Part shown: in pieces, positions 1 through 13,102 of the stretch
How positions within the stretch are numbered: the first letter of the stretch is position 1
Layout: the number at the start of each line of letters is the position of its first letter
Assembly: GCF_009914755.1 (NCBI RefSeq)
Contig: NC_060929.1
DNA length: 64,000 bases
Source of the DNA: the human T2T-CHM13v2.0 reference genome, Homo sapiens
Direction: 5' to 3' (one strand)
Notes under the pieces: model-generated
Told to the model about the DNA's origin: nothing
Databases searched by the model: none
What the model saw: only the letters and a program-made list of their open reading frames with translations
Made by a program: the position numbers and the translations under genes

Positions 1-724
1 TAAATGATTTCATCATAGGTTATTACCTAATGCCAACTCTTCAGTCTTCACAATTGATGAACAGCGGTCAGATAAAGTTTGTGTTTCTGAAGAGTAAGGG
101 TGTATATTATTAAGGTTTGTTTAGTATAGTCACTTTGGGTTAACACGATTTTCCAAGATGGTCTATAAATCAAGACAGGTCAGCACATATGAAGCAATCA
201 AAATGCGCAGTTCCTGTTTGTCTCAAACTGCTAGTCCGTGGAGTGGTAACTTTTATTTGTACCAACAGTGTCTGGGGAACGATGATTCTGGCCCGTGAAT
301 CTGTATTCCCTTACCGATCTATTTATCTAGAAGATAAATGTATTTATTTCAAAATGGGTGCCTATTGCCCATGCACAACAATCTATTCCATCCATGCTGT
401 TATGAAAGGAGGAAATTCTCATGCCCTGCCTGCCACTGCCCCACTTCTGTGATAAGGATATGATAGGAAGAGTGTAGTGAGCAATAAGGAAAGATACAAG
501 AGAGACCATATCTTCCTAGATTGTAGCTTGGGCCAAAGGACATCACCCTCCCTTCTGTGATCCAGCACCCTCCATCAGGTCTCTCCTCTTCACCACTGTG
601 AAGGGCTAAGTTCTCTAACAGGATTTCTGGGATCACATTCTCTTCTATACAGAGACAACAAGTCACCAAAATGCCAATGTTGCAACATCAGTTGAATTGG
701 GTATGACTCTGAAGCCTACTCTAC

Positions 725-1094
725 TGCTATAGACTAAATATTTGCGTCCCTCCAAAATTTTTGTGTTGAAATCACAAACCCCCATGTGCTAGTATAAGGA
801 GATGAGATATTTGGTAGGTGATTAGATCAGAAGGGGGAAGCCCTCATGAACAAGATTAGTTTACTTATTAAAAAAGATACCAAAGAGAGCTCTGTCACCC
901 TTTCCACTATGTGAGGGCACAAAGAGAAGGCGACTGCCTATGAACCAGGAAGCCTGCCCTCACTAGATCTCAACTCTGCCGGTAACTTAATCTTGAAGTT
1001 CCCAGCCTCTGGAACTATAAGAAACAAATTTCTGTTACTTATAAGCTTCCTAGTGTGTGTTAATTTGTTCTAGCCTCCTGAATAAACTAGGACA
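725..1094 (+). mobile_element. MLT1A-type MaLR solo LTR
   Basis: TGCTAT...GACA termini and MLT1A-like body (ttcccagcctctggaactataagaaacaaatttctg). Perfect 5-bp TSD TCTAC at 720-724 and 1095-1099. Confidence 0.9.
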
Positions 1095-1139
1095 TCTACA
1101 AAAATGAATGTTGCTCAGAAAACCACATTTTCTTTTTAA

Positions 1140-1267
1140 GCTTCAGTTTCCATGTGGGTACCACAGAAAATAACCATGGTAATTTTTGCAAAAGATTGTT
1201 TGCAAAATGAATGATCAAATATATACATGCCCTTCAAAAATTTCCTGCATGCAGTAGGTACTCTAAG
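1140..1267 (+). mobile_element. MIR fragment
   Basis: Degenerate match to MIR core and 3' end (cttcagtttcc ... gcagtaggtactc). Confidence 0.45.
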
Positions 1268-1374
1268 CTAGGACATTTCTGTGATGTGTAATTTATTGAA
1301 TCATTGTCAATTCTTCAGTCTGCTTTAGTTAAACTACACCTTCATATTCTTAACGTGGTCTATGGCATGTGAAG

Positions 1375-1740
1375 TATATATCCACACCTCTTTGCACGTG
1401 GGCTTGAACATGTGACTTATTTTGGCCAACAGGATATCAGCTGGCATGAAATAAGCATACAGTTGAAATATATTTGCAAAGTTGGACTTGCTGTATTATA
1501 TTTCAGCAACCTACCATGAGACGAACATGTCTCACCCTTGTCCTCAGAGTAAGATAATATAAAGCTGGTCATACAGCCCAGGTAGCTGCTGGTCCAAAAA
1601 GCAGACTGCAATCAAACTTGCAGCTTGAAACCTAGAAACTGAAGGCCAAAGACCAGAGGTTGGAGACAAGCCTAACATAGTGGATTTGAAGCCAACCTGC
1701 AGACTATTGAGTGATTTTAAGCCACTGAATTTAGGCCTCT
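1375..1740 (+). mobile_element. Old MLT1 (G/H/I-like) MaLR LTR fragment
   Basis: catgtgacttattttggccaac, ccatgagacgaacatg, agccaacctgcagac and ttttaagccactga resemble MLT1G-I consensus motifs. Confidence 0.6.
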
Positions 1741-2271
1741 AAATTTTGCCACATCTCTTATGGTTGAAATATAATTTCTCTCTCTCTTTATCTCTCTCTC
1801 TCTCACTCCTTCCCTTCCTCTCTCTCTCTTTCCTTCTCCCACTACTTTTATCTAATGCTTAGTTTAGCTCTTTAGTCTTTACTTGATATAACTTATCAAT
1901 AAACATGCAAGTAATTATATTGTCTGAAAAGATTAGTTGCAAAGCATGCTAATTTAAATTTTAGGAAAATCATTTTGAAAAACAATAATTCAAATAATTT
2001 TTGGGGAAATACAAATTCCAAATACACACACATATGTGTGTTTTTTTACATGTATGAGTTTATATATAAAACATATAAGTATATTACAAACACACATATA
2101 CAAAATTATTAAAAATATGTTTTTACTTTTTATTTGGCAAAATAAACAGTTAACATTGAATTATTCTCAAGAGTGGTTAAAACTAAATTGGAAATTTTTT
2201 ATGTGTTTGTTGGGATTTGTTTGTTTTGCATTGCTTTGGTTTTTCTTAGCAGATATCAATCCATGGCGTAT

Positions 2272-2272
<1 letters not shown>

Positions 2273-2311
<39 letters not shown>

Positions 2312-2314
2312 ACA
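2273..2314. repeat. (CA)n microsatellite
   Basis: 17 pure CA units (2273-2306) followed by an interrupted extension. Confidence 0.95.
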
Positions 2315-2441
2315 AAATGCTATAATGTATAGCCTTACCAACTTGTTTTTAAATGAGAATGTCAGTTAAGGTAGTAATCATCAAATTCTAAAGTTTTTGA
2401 GAAAGTCTTGGAGTAAATATCCCTATAAAAATGCCGTGACT

Positions 2442-3032
2442 CTTTTTTAAAAAAAAATTATTATTATACTTTAAGTTCTAGTGTACATGTGCACAACGTG
2501 CAGGTTTGTTACATATGTATACATGTGCCATGTTGGTGTGCTGCACCCATTAACTTGTCATTTACATTAGGTGTATCTCCTAATGCTATCCCTCCCCGCA
2601 ACCCCTACCCCACGACAGGCCCCAGTGTGTGATGTTCCCCGCCCTGTGTCCAAGTGTTTTCTTTGTTAAATTCCCACCTATGACTGAGAACATGCGGTGT
2701 TTGGTTTTCTGTGCTTGCGATAGTTGGCTCAGAATGATGGTTTCCAGCTTCATCCACGTCCCTACAAAGGACATGAACTCATCCTTTTTTATGGATGCAT
2801 AGTATTCCATGGTGTATATGTGCCACATTTTCTTAATCCAGTCGATCATTGATGGACATTTGGGTTCGTTCCAGACAGTGTGGCAATTCCTCAAGGATCT
2901 AGAGCTAGAAATACCATTTGACCCAGCCATCCCATTACTGGGTATATACCCAAAGGATTATAAATCATGCTGCTATAAAGACACATGCACACGTATGTTT
3001 ATTGCAGCACTATTTACAATAGCAAAGACTTG
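2442..3032 (-). mobile_element. 5'-truncated, 5'-inverted L1PA (about L1PA4-6)
   Basis: L1PA 3' UTR and ORF2 end on the minus strand (about 2442-2873). The adjacent upstream ORF2 segment lies on the plus strand (2874-3032). TSD core GCCGTGACT at 2433-2441 and 3035-3043. Confidence 0.93.
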
Positions 3033-6000
3033 CAGCCGTGACTTTTCTTAAAGTATCTAACCAGTGAGAAGATTTCCCTTTAATTTGGCCAGTGCACTGT
3101 AAGAGAACAGAGCTCCACTTGGGAGTTGTACTGCTCTGGTGCACATCCTGGTTGTTGGTATAATACTTCGATTTCCTCAGTTAAACAACCATAGTGCACC
3201 CTGCAAACAAATGTGAACAGTTATATCACCTCTGTTGCAGGCCATATAGTTCCCAAGAGACAAATCACACTCCTTTAAACTGTTTTGCTTTGATCCTAGG
3301 GGTTCAGAGATCAGAGAGAACTGGGGCTAGTGCTGCTATCATCTTTTCCTTCTTGGCTAATTGTAGGCCATAACTAGTCCAGGTATTAAAAACAACTGAG
3401 TGGAATGGGACTATATGTAAAGATAGTGAAGGCTTCAGTTAATTTAAGCTGATTTTCTTAGTAAACATACAGATGCTTGTGAAAGAAACTCTTTAGACAT
3501 TTTATTGTACCGGATTTTCTCACAAAATTTTGTTTGTTGATTCATGTGCATGAGAATAGAAGCCATGGACTTAATTTGCTTTTGCATATTTAATTATATT
3601 AGTTTTTAAAATATTATACCGACACGCCTTATATATTAAGAAATACACAATGTTGACTATAAAAGACATACATACAAGTACATAATGGATATTCTTCAAT
3701 GAAAAACTGTGTCTGGAACAAAAATTTAAGGTAATTAAGATAATGTCTTTAGACAAGCACACAAGACATTTATTTGTACAAATGGGGCTCTCCAATTGCC
3801 ACAACCTGACAGATGCTCTTAAATATCATAAAGCCAAATTACTTGAAAGTGCACTGAATATTTTTAACATAATATCTTATCTTATTCAATTTTAGATTAA
3901 TGTACTATACAATAAATTATAAAGTTATACAAATTATATTTTACCTAAGAATGATGCTGAGCAGAGTATTTTTTATTTCATAGAATTTCTACACATTTGG
4001 GGGTCTACAAGGAGAATAATGATCCTTTTGTGTAATTAAAATTTTGAAGAGAAAGCATTTTTTAAAAATTTTGTCTTGATATCTGCCAAAACAGATTTTC
4101 CCCCTTTGCTTTGAGTAGACACATCCTCTTACAAAACTGTGAGACCACAGGAGAGTCACCAGATTCTACAGTACTAATGACTTATTTCATCATTTAAAAA
4201 AGTGTTACCATGTGATCTCTGATACTTTATGATCTTAAAATTACACTAAGAGGTTGACAATCATACATTTTTACAACTTTATCAAACATACAAATTTACA
4301 AGAATAATTCTAGGAGGCTATTTCAAAACAGATGCCTTAAAGTATAATGTTATTTATTTGATTTATATAAAAATCAGAATATGTTACCTAGTTCAAATCT
4401 TTGGGATTAATTATGTGCATACAATTATAAAACAAGTGGCCACTTTAATAATTATGCCAGCTTAGATTATATTTACTACTGTTTTCTGTTTACCAAAGAT
4501 TTTCCTAACAGTGTAGGGCTCATAGAGAGAGAGTGTGTCTTGGTGAATAAATTCTATTATAGGAGACAAGGTAATAGGAAAGATATTATTTGACCAAATG
4601 TATGCATATATGGATATTGTGTAAATATTCGTATCAATTTCTGCATAAATGTATCCATATATGCATATATTTCTAAATATCATTTCTAAGTATTATTTTG
4701 TATTTGGGAATTCTTTCTTTTTTATTAGCTGACTGTATATTAGCTAGTCTAATTTTGTTTTCTACCAAGTTTGCCCTCATCATTCAAAACATGATGCATA
4801 AACTTCCTGAATTCATTTTCTCTTGCATCATTTGATATATTATTTTGTTTCTTGGACTGTTTCAAACATCTAAAAAATGAAAGCAACCAATCACATAAAG
4901 ACAACCTTCATCAACATGCCACAGTTACAGATTCTGGTGACTGATGAAGCTGGGAAAGCAAATCTAGCTTGCTCTGAATGCAAAACTGCCAGTACTCTCA
5001 GTCCTGATACTTCTACTTTTAATTTATTTTATTATTTAATCTTAATATTGGCTTTGTGTAATTCTTTGTGCTATATATACCAATACATAACCTTGTTGTG
5101 GCAGTGTGTCATTGTATTCATAGCTCATATGTAAACATGTTAAAAGTAATATGAACTCAGTGGTCTAATGGTATTCCTACCGCATCCCAAGATGGGATGC
5201 TGTATTTTGCCTACTTACAGGAGATGAGCATGGCAGAAATACTGGAATGAATGAGCAGTCTGCATAAAAAGAGTGATTAAGAGACAATATAAGATGACTT
5301 CATCTCTATGAGCTACAAACATAGGAAAAAATTTTAGAAACTATAAAAGAAAATTCAGAAAATATGAAAGAAAAAGATTTTTAATTTTTTTTGGTGAGAG
5401 CAAAAACATAGCACATGAAGATATGGAGTTGATTACATCATGTGTAGAAACAACCTTTATATAGGCCTTCTTCTTCTGCCTATTGTATGTTTCATTGTTT
5501 CTGACAATTGAACTTCTTACTATAATCAAGATTTAGTAACGTGATTTGAATCTTAACTAAGGTAAACTTTTAAGATTTAAGATGTTTTCACAATGTTTCA
5601 AGCATACAAATTGTACTTGATGAACTTATATATAATCACATTTATAAAATATTAACTTCTGCAAAATATCTAATATTTTAAGTAAATTTTCATTGAAATT
5701 ACTGTAAACCAATATCTTAAAGAATTTTGAGAAATATCTTCAAATTTGTTTATATTACTTATTTCAGGAGACATAAAATATATTCAATTCACCTCTGTTT
5801 TTTTTCAAATTTTATCTTTCTAATAGATTGTGAAATGATAGCTTCTATTTCAGTTTTTGTGCAAATATTTTTAACCAGGAATTTAGCTGTTGGCTCATGG
5901 ATTTCAGTAGCCAGTTCATTCATGTTGTTATCAAAAGCGTTAACAATTCATCGTATATTCAAGAGAGCAAAAGAAATTTGTTGAAAGATCCCAACAATAA

Positions 6001-8214
6001 CAACAAAACTGTATCTAGTTTGAGGGCACCGGGATTGATTAGCTGAGCTGCACTTGCTAACTCTGGTTCTGATCTGTTGTATTTAAGGTTTCATGTTAGT
6101 AACACGTGAATTATTATTATATCTTCCTTGACTGTACATGCATATCAAATATATAATATGTAATGTCTACTCTAGTGATCAAATTTTTCAGAGACAATAT
6201 ATCCCAGAAGTAAATATTTCTGGAATGGTTTTAAAATATGATTATCTTGTTAGTTTTTATTCATTTTGTATATATTTCATCATAGAGTCTCTGAATATAT
6301 TCATGTCTTATTAAATTTCAAAGAAGACTTTCATCTCTGGTTTTATTTTACAAGAAAGGATGTAAAATTTATATTTGATTAATTATGTCAACTTAACTTT
6401 CATAAGCTTTTATTCAGCTCAAGAAGCCAAATTGCATCTGAAGTCTTTTTCCTACAAATGATCACGTTTGCTGACGTCTGTTTGTTTCCTCCTTTCCCCG
6501 CGTGCTGATTTTTTTCAATAAAGTGAAAAGTCCCCAGTCACTCACAGTTAAATAATTTCCTCCTAAAGTAGTCAGTATCAATCAATTATGATAAATTAAA
6601 ATGGACAGGGGATAAACCAAGGATGAATGCATGGGTGAAACTGAAGAAAAAAAAAAGGCTTAAGTGGAAAAGAAGTAGGTACAAGCTGCCGAAATAAACC
6701 AATTATTATGAAAAAGACACAATCAGCATTAAAAAGTCAGTGTGATTATGTACACACACAAATGCACGTGTGCACACACACACACACAGATACATATAGT
6801 TATACTTTAAACTCCAAAATGTTTATATTTTGCTATTTTTGTTATAACTTAAAAATCAATAGGATATAAGCTTTGTTTCTTTTTCTTTCCTATAAAATAT
6901 ATCAACTTACTGCATCTATTTTCACTTGTTCCTAGGTCATATTCTTATGCACTTCATAAATAACCTTAGTATTTGGACTAGCCTCTTGTCTTTTTCTGAT
7001 GGTTTCTTTTCAATAGGAAATCAATCATCAAAACATGTTGTACTTTTATGCAAAACATTACTATTTCCACCACCAAACATATTTTACAGTCGTGTGAACA
7101 CTGTACTTTTTTCCAACATGAGAAAAATATTATTTAAAAAGTAAATCAAAATTAGTCACCTACATAATTTTTTAAATGTGTTTTACAAATCATTTTACTG
7201 TGTTTTTCAAATGATGCAGGTTTAATTGAGTGACAGAAAAGCTGAATAGAATTATAACTGATGGATTTTACACTATGAGTAGTGATAAGCATCAGTGCCA
7301 AAAGTGGGAAGCAGCTGCTAAAAGTTTGTAATTGGTTCTTGTCTTAAATTTGTTCCAACAATTGTATGAGCATATATATAGTGCTTGTTCATCACATGTA
7401 CTGAATAGGTGTTGATAGCATGGCACCTATGCAGAGGCAATCTGTATAAGAAGATTGTGACACCAAATCATTTTAGCAAGTAAATAGAATACATTTTGGT
7501 GTCTAATATATTTTAAAGAGATAATTCTGTGAGTACAGGAGAGATATCTGTGATTTAGTAACAGGCTAAGGAAAACTAAGGTTTTTGTAAACATTATGCT
7601 AAAATGAGTCGTCAATGTGATGTTGCTGCACGAATGTAATTTCTATTCCTTTTAGCATTAGCTAAAATGTTTTTAGTGATGGCACTAGTTTATATTTTAG
7701 TGTTTATGTTTTTAAAAGACTAAATTTTATGTATATTTTCTGAGATAATCTTCCTCAAAATACTGTTGGGAATCATTAAACTCCTTTTAAAGATGAGTGA
7801 ATTGCATCTCAGTAAGTTTATTTGTCTTGCACTTGATCTCACTAATAGTATTTTTGTCTCTTAGTTCAATTTATATCACATGCAGTGACATAAAGCTGCA
7901 TTTTATTCTGCATGCCATGATTTTGGAAGGTCGCAGAGAAATGGGGAACATTCAGAGGAAAGTGACTGGGATAGTCAGGAAGACGGGAGTACAAAAAAGC
8001 TTTAAAATTTAGAAAAAAAGGTTTTTCATTTTTTTCTACCTGGACACGCAGTTCTCAGCTTTCTTGTCTCAATGCAGCTATACAACTTTGTTGCTCACTC
8101 TCTCCCTGAAGCTCTTTATTTTCCTAGTTTATTATGCCCTGCTAGCTATGTCTGTGTCTTTCTGAATATTTCTCCTCTTTCAGCTTATAGCTTCCTGTTC
8201 TGTGACCCATATGG

Positions 8215-9243
8215 ATAAGGCCATGTGAGAAGATTCTAATGAGTTCCAAATATTGGATCTCTAAATTATCCAGAGCTTTCTTTGTCAGTAGAACAACCCT
8301 TCTTCCCTTTGTCTGAGAACATTGATCTTCCCTTTCCTGAAGAATTTGTAACAGTCTCCCTTGAAATAGTTTCCTTGCAAGGAACTGCTTTCAAAGCTTC
8401 TGGGGACACGCTTCTATCACCTCTCATTGTTCCTAGACCTATACTCAGTTACAAATCTCAGCAAGGCCCACAAGGTAAAGAGTTGCTATGCATATCAAAA
8501 AATTGCAAGATTTTGCCAATGTATACTGACCAATATCTAAAAAATGTATATGGCCACAGAGTCTAGAGATTTTGAATCATGGAGGAAGGAAAATGTTGCA
8601 GCTCCATTATATTGATTTGGATTCACTAATCTGATTCTGAATTCAATGTGTTAACTTGAATGGCTAGGGACAACTCTAAATGTTTGATTGATTGCTTGAT
8701 TGAGACTTGTACCCAAAGACTTAAATAAAATTAGAATGTCAGAACTTCCTTGATGTCCTGTAGAGGAAAGCATCCAGAGGTCTTTTGTGCAAGTTGCTCC
8801 TCCACTTGGCCATAAGAACCAGGTGATGGGATTCATGATTTAAGTATAGGTGACAAATGGGGATGATTTATTGAGACTTTGGCTGACCCCTATTGAAGAA
8901 TCACAGTAAAACTTTTAGGATTTTACAATAATCGCTCTTTGAAATTCAGATTTCAGTAGTAGAGAATGAATGCTTGAACTGGAGACAAAAATTTACCATG
9001 TGACCTGAGCTGCTCTCATGGAATGAGTGTGGTCTGACTCACCTGACCATAAATTTGTGCGTACTCTGCAGCATTCCATTATCAAATGGAAGTGAATACA
9101 TGAGAATCCTCTCAAGCACTGCACAAAGAAACAAGTGGGTTAAGCGTGTGGCACAGGGGTTCATAGCTCCTCCTCCTCCTCTATTGCCTCCTGACTCACC
9201 TGCTATAGCCTAGTGTAGAATTCACTAGGACAAATTGACCGAA
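8215..9243 (+). mobile_element. ERV-L internal sequence (gag and pol/RNase H-connection remnants)
   Basis: ORF 8282-8566 (PLSENIDLPFPEE...PRPILSYKSQQGPQG) resembles ERV-L Gag. ccatgtgacctgagctgc...cagcattccattatcaaatggaagtg resembles ERV-L pol. Confidence 0.8.
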
Positions 9244-9245
9244 GC

Positions 9246-10485
9246 AATTCAATGGGGAATGGAAAATATTTTCAACAAGTAGACGATACAATATTATTTT
9301 ACAACAAAATGACCCACATCTCATGCAATAACAAATATTAGCTCCAAACGGGTCATAAAGATAAAAATATAAATATTTTACAATAAAAAAGTAAGAGATA
9401 TTTCTGACCTTGGATGAAGTAAAGAGTTCTTAGATACTTTGCTGAAAGCATCATCGAGAAAGAGAAACAACTGTAAACTTTCAAAAAGTTTTCATCAAAT
9501 TTAAACCACGAATCTTTCAAAAAATACCAATAAGATCATGAAAAACAAGCCACAGACAGGGAGAAGCAGTTTAGAAATCATATGTCTGATTAAAAAAACT
9601 GGTATTCTAGGTAAATAAACAAATGCTACAACAAAATACAAATAAGACAACACATTTTAGTTTAGGTAAAATATATAAATAGGCTACAAAATAATATACA
9701 TGAATCCTGAATAAGCACATGACATGATGCTCAACATCACTGGTTATTAGGTAAATGTAGATTAAAACCCTGGTACAGCCACTAGAATGGCTACCATAAA
9801 TGACAAGCAGTACTAATTCTTAGTGAGGTTTTGTAAAACCTGGAGCCCTCGTGAATTTCTGGTGAAAATTTAAAATGGTGCACCCTTCTGGAAGATTAGT
9901 CTGTGAGTTTCTTAAAAAGTTAAACGTAAAACTTAGTATATGGCCTATCAATCACAATTCTAAGTATTTACTCAAGAAAAATAAAAACATTTTCATATAA
10001 CTACTGTATATGAATGTTCAAAGAGATATTATTCATTGCTGAAAGCTGCAAATTATCCAAATGTCCATGAATCATTGAATGGATACACAAAATTTATTTA
10101 TACATACGATGAAATACTATTCAATACTTAAATAGGTTACTCATACATGCTGCAACGTGAGTGAACCCCAATAAACAGGATGCTAAGTGAGAGAAGCCAG
10201 ATACACAGGATGACATATTGCATGGTTCTATATATATAAATTTCCAGAAAAGGTAAAAAAAAAAAAAAAATACAGACAGAGAGCAGACCATAGGTTGCCT
10301 GGTGCTTGGAGTAGGATAATTGACTACAAATAAGCATGAGGAGGTTCTTTGGGTATGCAAATGCTCGTCGACTGAACTGTGCTGATTGCTGCATAACTGT
10401 GCAAATTTGTTAAAAAGCATTCAATATTAAAGTTATAATGGGTGAATTTTAAGGTAAGTAAATTATACCTCAATGAGCTCAAAAA
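9246..10485 (+). mobile_element. L1M (L1ME1/L1MB8-like) 3' end inserted in ERV-L
   Basis: Decayed ORF2 C-terminal region plus old L1M 3' UTR ending gggtgaattttaaggtaagtaaattatacctcaat. Confidence 0.85.
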
Positions 10486-10504
10486 GGAATAGTAAATTTA
10501 TAAT

Positions 10505-11283
10505 AGACCTTATTTGCTATCATGATACTTTGTTCAGCATTTCTTCTGACCAAGCCATTTGTTTAATAGCACATGAAGTGCAGCAAGGAATAATGCCTGG
10601 GATTTACAGGTGTTTACCAGCCACAAGCTCTGGCATGAGAAAATAGTGGAATTGCCTTAAGAAAGATAAATTATAACACTGGTTGGATTGGATATGGGAA
10701 CAACACACTGTAGGCCTGGGTTGTTGCACTTTCAGATGTAGATACAGCATTGTCTCTCCAATAGTCACAATTTACAGTTCCAGTAATCAAAAAAAGGGAA
10801 GGGCTCTTCTAACCATTAAGGCCATTGACCCACTAGTGTAATATATGCTTTTCCCATCCCCACAACTTCAGACTCTCTTGGTTTTCCCCCTTAAAAGAGG
10901 AAGTCTTCACTATGAGAAGCAAGAATAGTCCTATTTGCCTGATCACTTCCATCTCCTCATTTCAGTGAATCAATAGGGGTAAAGAAAGGGATTATAGACC
11001 TGGCTGCCTTCCTATCAATGAAAAATAAGATGATTGCTAAATAATGGAGGTGATAGAGAATATATACAAAATGTAAGATTCCCCTTAGAGAATCTCATAA
11101 CACTGCCATGTCCTGTTATTGAAGGTGATTACCAAAGGAAAATTGAATTGATAATTAGAAAATGGTAGTTAAACGTACCAGTTGAAACTACATAGTAAGT
11201 TGCAGAAACAAAAATTATAATAGTAATCAGTGTATCTTTATGTCATATAAACATATATATACTGTATATACATATTTTGTACA

Positions 11284-11323
<40 letters not shown>

Positions 11324-11601
11324 CATTTTATCCTCTTTCATTCTCCTACCATCCAACATAAGATGCATTAATGGTAGTTAACCTTATATATCAGTATTTA
11401 CATGTTAGGGATTCAAAGGAGTGCAGAAAAATGAATATCACTCAAAAGTGACTTTGCATTCTTTTTTCAGGAAGAGGTTAATTCATTTTTAGATATATAA
11501 GATATGGTTTTATCATGTAAGTGAAGAAAAGTTTATTCTTTTCTATATTTGAAGTTAAATATTATAAAATAGCTGTGTATAGATGCTGAGTTGACAAGGG
11601 G
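10505..11601 (+). mobile_element. ERV-L internal sequence (integrase, dUTPase, 3' region, PPT)
   Basis: cagcatttcttctgaccaag (integrase SD-Q-type motif region), dUTPase-like segment at about 10890-11130, and ERV-L type end gatgctgagttgacaagggg. Confidence 0.75.
11286..11322. repeat. (TA)n microsatellite
   Basis: About 18 pure TA units. Confidence 0.95.
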
Positions 11602-12163
11602 TATTTCCAGGACTGATTTTCTTTGTGTAGTTTCAGGTTGAAACTGGCCAACAGAGGAATTTTGGGTGATATCTGGAAAGCAGGAGTGAGGAAAAGTTAA
11701 TATTTATGCTTTGAAGGTTAGTGGACATTACCAAGCACTGTAGCTACTTGCATTGTTACTGGTGTGCTAGTTTAACTCCTAGTCGTGAGACACACAGCCT
11801 TTTGTTCCTTCCCTCCTGGGTAGATCTCCTCCTTCAGCTTTTCAAAGTCCTGTCCAAGTGTGTGTAGCTCCATGATAAATAACAAGTGTTTATTCTGCAA
11901 GACACCTGAATCATTGAGTTTGGAGACAGAGAGGGACAGAGATGATTACCAGTTGTCTTTGTTCTCCCAAATTTCATGCTTAGTGTTTTTTTTCCCAATT
12001 GTTGTTCCAACTAATTTGTATCAACTTCAGGTTCAATGTTAGAGGCAAAGGCAACAAACTTAGGTTTATTAATAAATGTGCAAGATCGTATTTCTATAAT
12101 GAATTCCTTAACCTAAACCTTTCTTTTTTGTGCTGATTGTGTGATCAAACCCTGAGGAACACA
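11602..12163 (+). mobile_element. ERVL 3' LTR (LTR40/LTR41-like)
   Basis: Follows the PPT. tggccaacagaggaatt...atctggaaagcaggagtga and terminal tgatcaaaccctga...aca resemble LTR40/41. Confidence 0.6.
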
Positions 12164-12389
12164 CCACATATATGTCTTTCAAGAGAAACAGTGGTCATGG
12201 CAAAAGAAAATGAAAGTGTCTTCTGGTAATTCTTGAGAGGTAGAAAAAGACTAAGATTTAAAAATATAAGGAGGTCAGCTTTTACTAAATAAAAGTATTC
12301 AAAAAATGGCACCAAGGCTTCTTAATAGAGAGTAGATTTCTCTGGTGATTAGTGATGTTGAACATTTCCCTGCTAATTCACAAGGTTCA

Positions 12390-12762
12390 GTTGCCAAACC
12401 TTGAATTCCCCAGTGTTCATGACACACCACATTTTCCAGGGATCCTCTCAGCCTGTAAAAGAACACAGCAGAGAGACCTGTTCTAGTTCATTCTTGCCCA
12501 ATGTGGGATTCCTCTAACACACATTTGACTTGGGATTTACATATTCGTCTGCCCAAGACTTCAAATCTCCTCTGTGATCTGAGGCTCTTCCTATTTAATG
12601 CTTCCTTCCCTTTCTCCTTTCATAGTTTTTGAGCTGTCTCTAAAGCCCCTCCCTGATTGCTTTTGCTCGCTCCCCTTTTATCCTTTAAGGAAATACTCTT
12701 TAATAAGTCTCTTGCTTGTCTCATTCTATTTGCCTAATTCTCAAAAGACATGAACTGACACA
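12390..12762 (+). mobile_element. LTR16B-like ERVL solo LTR
   Basis: 3' end taataagtctcttgcttgtc...gacatgaactgacaca and a pyrimidine-rich body typical of LTR16. Confidence 0.65.
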
Positions 12763-13102
12763 GGGGGATGGATGATTTAAAAGTCTGTGTAAAGATCAAA
12801 AACACCTCTCACACTTTTTTATACTATCCCTATAAAAAGAAGATTTGAATTCAGGCATTTAAACATCCTCTCCTCAGCCAAATAAAAAGCAAATAAAAAT
12901 TCTAATTGGTTTCTAAATGACAAAGGAAAGGAGATCTGGTGTTTAGTGTGTTCCAGATTAATGGTTAGCTCCTTTCTAATCTCCTGATATTTAACAAAAT
13001 GTTTTAATATCTTCTCACTTCTAAACATAGAAAGATAATGAAAAACTATTAGATATTTTAGTTAATCCCCAGATTCCATGTAGGTCGTCTAACCAATCGG
13101 AA

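Noticed and set aside
189-669. Overlapping 60-89 aa ORFs at the window start
   Set aside because: No recognisable homology, domain or splice context; lengths expected by chance.
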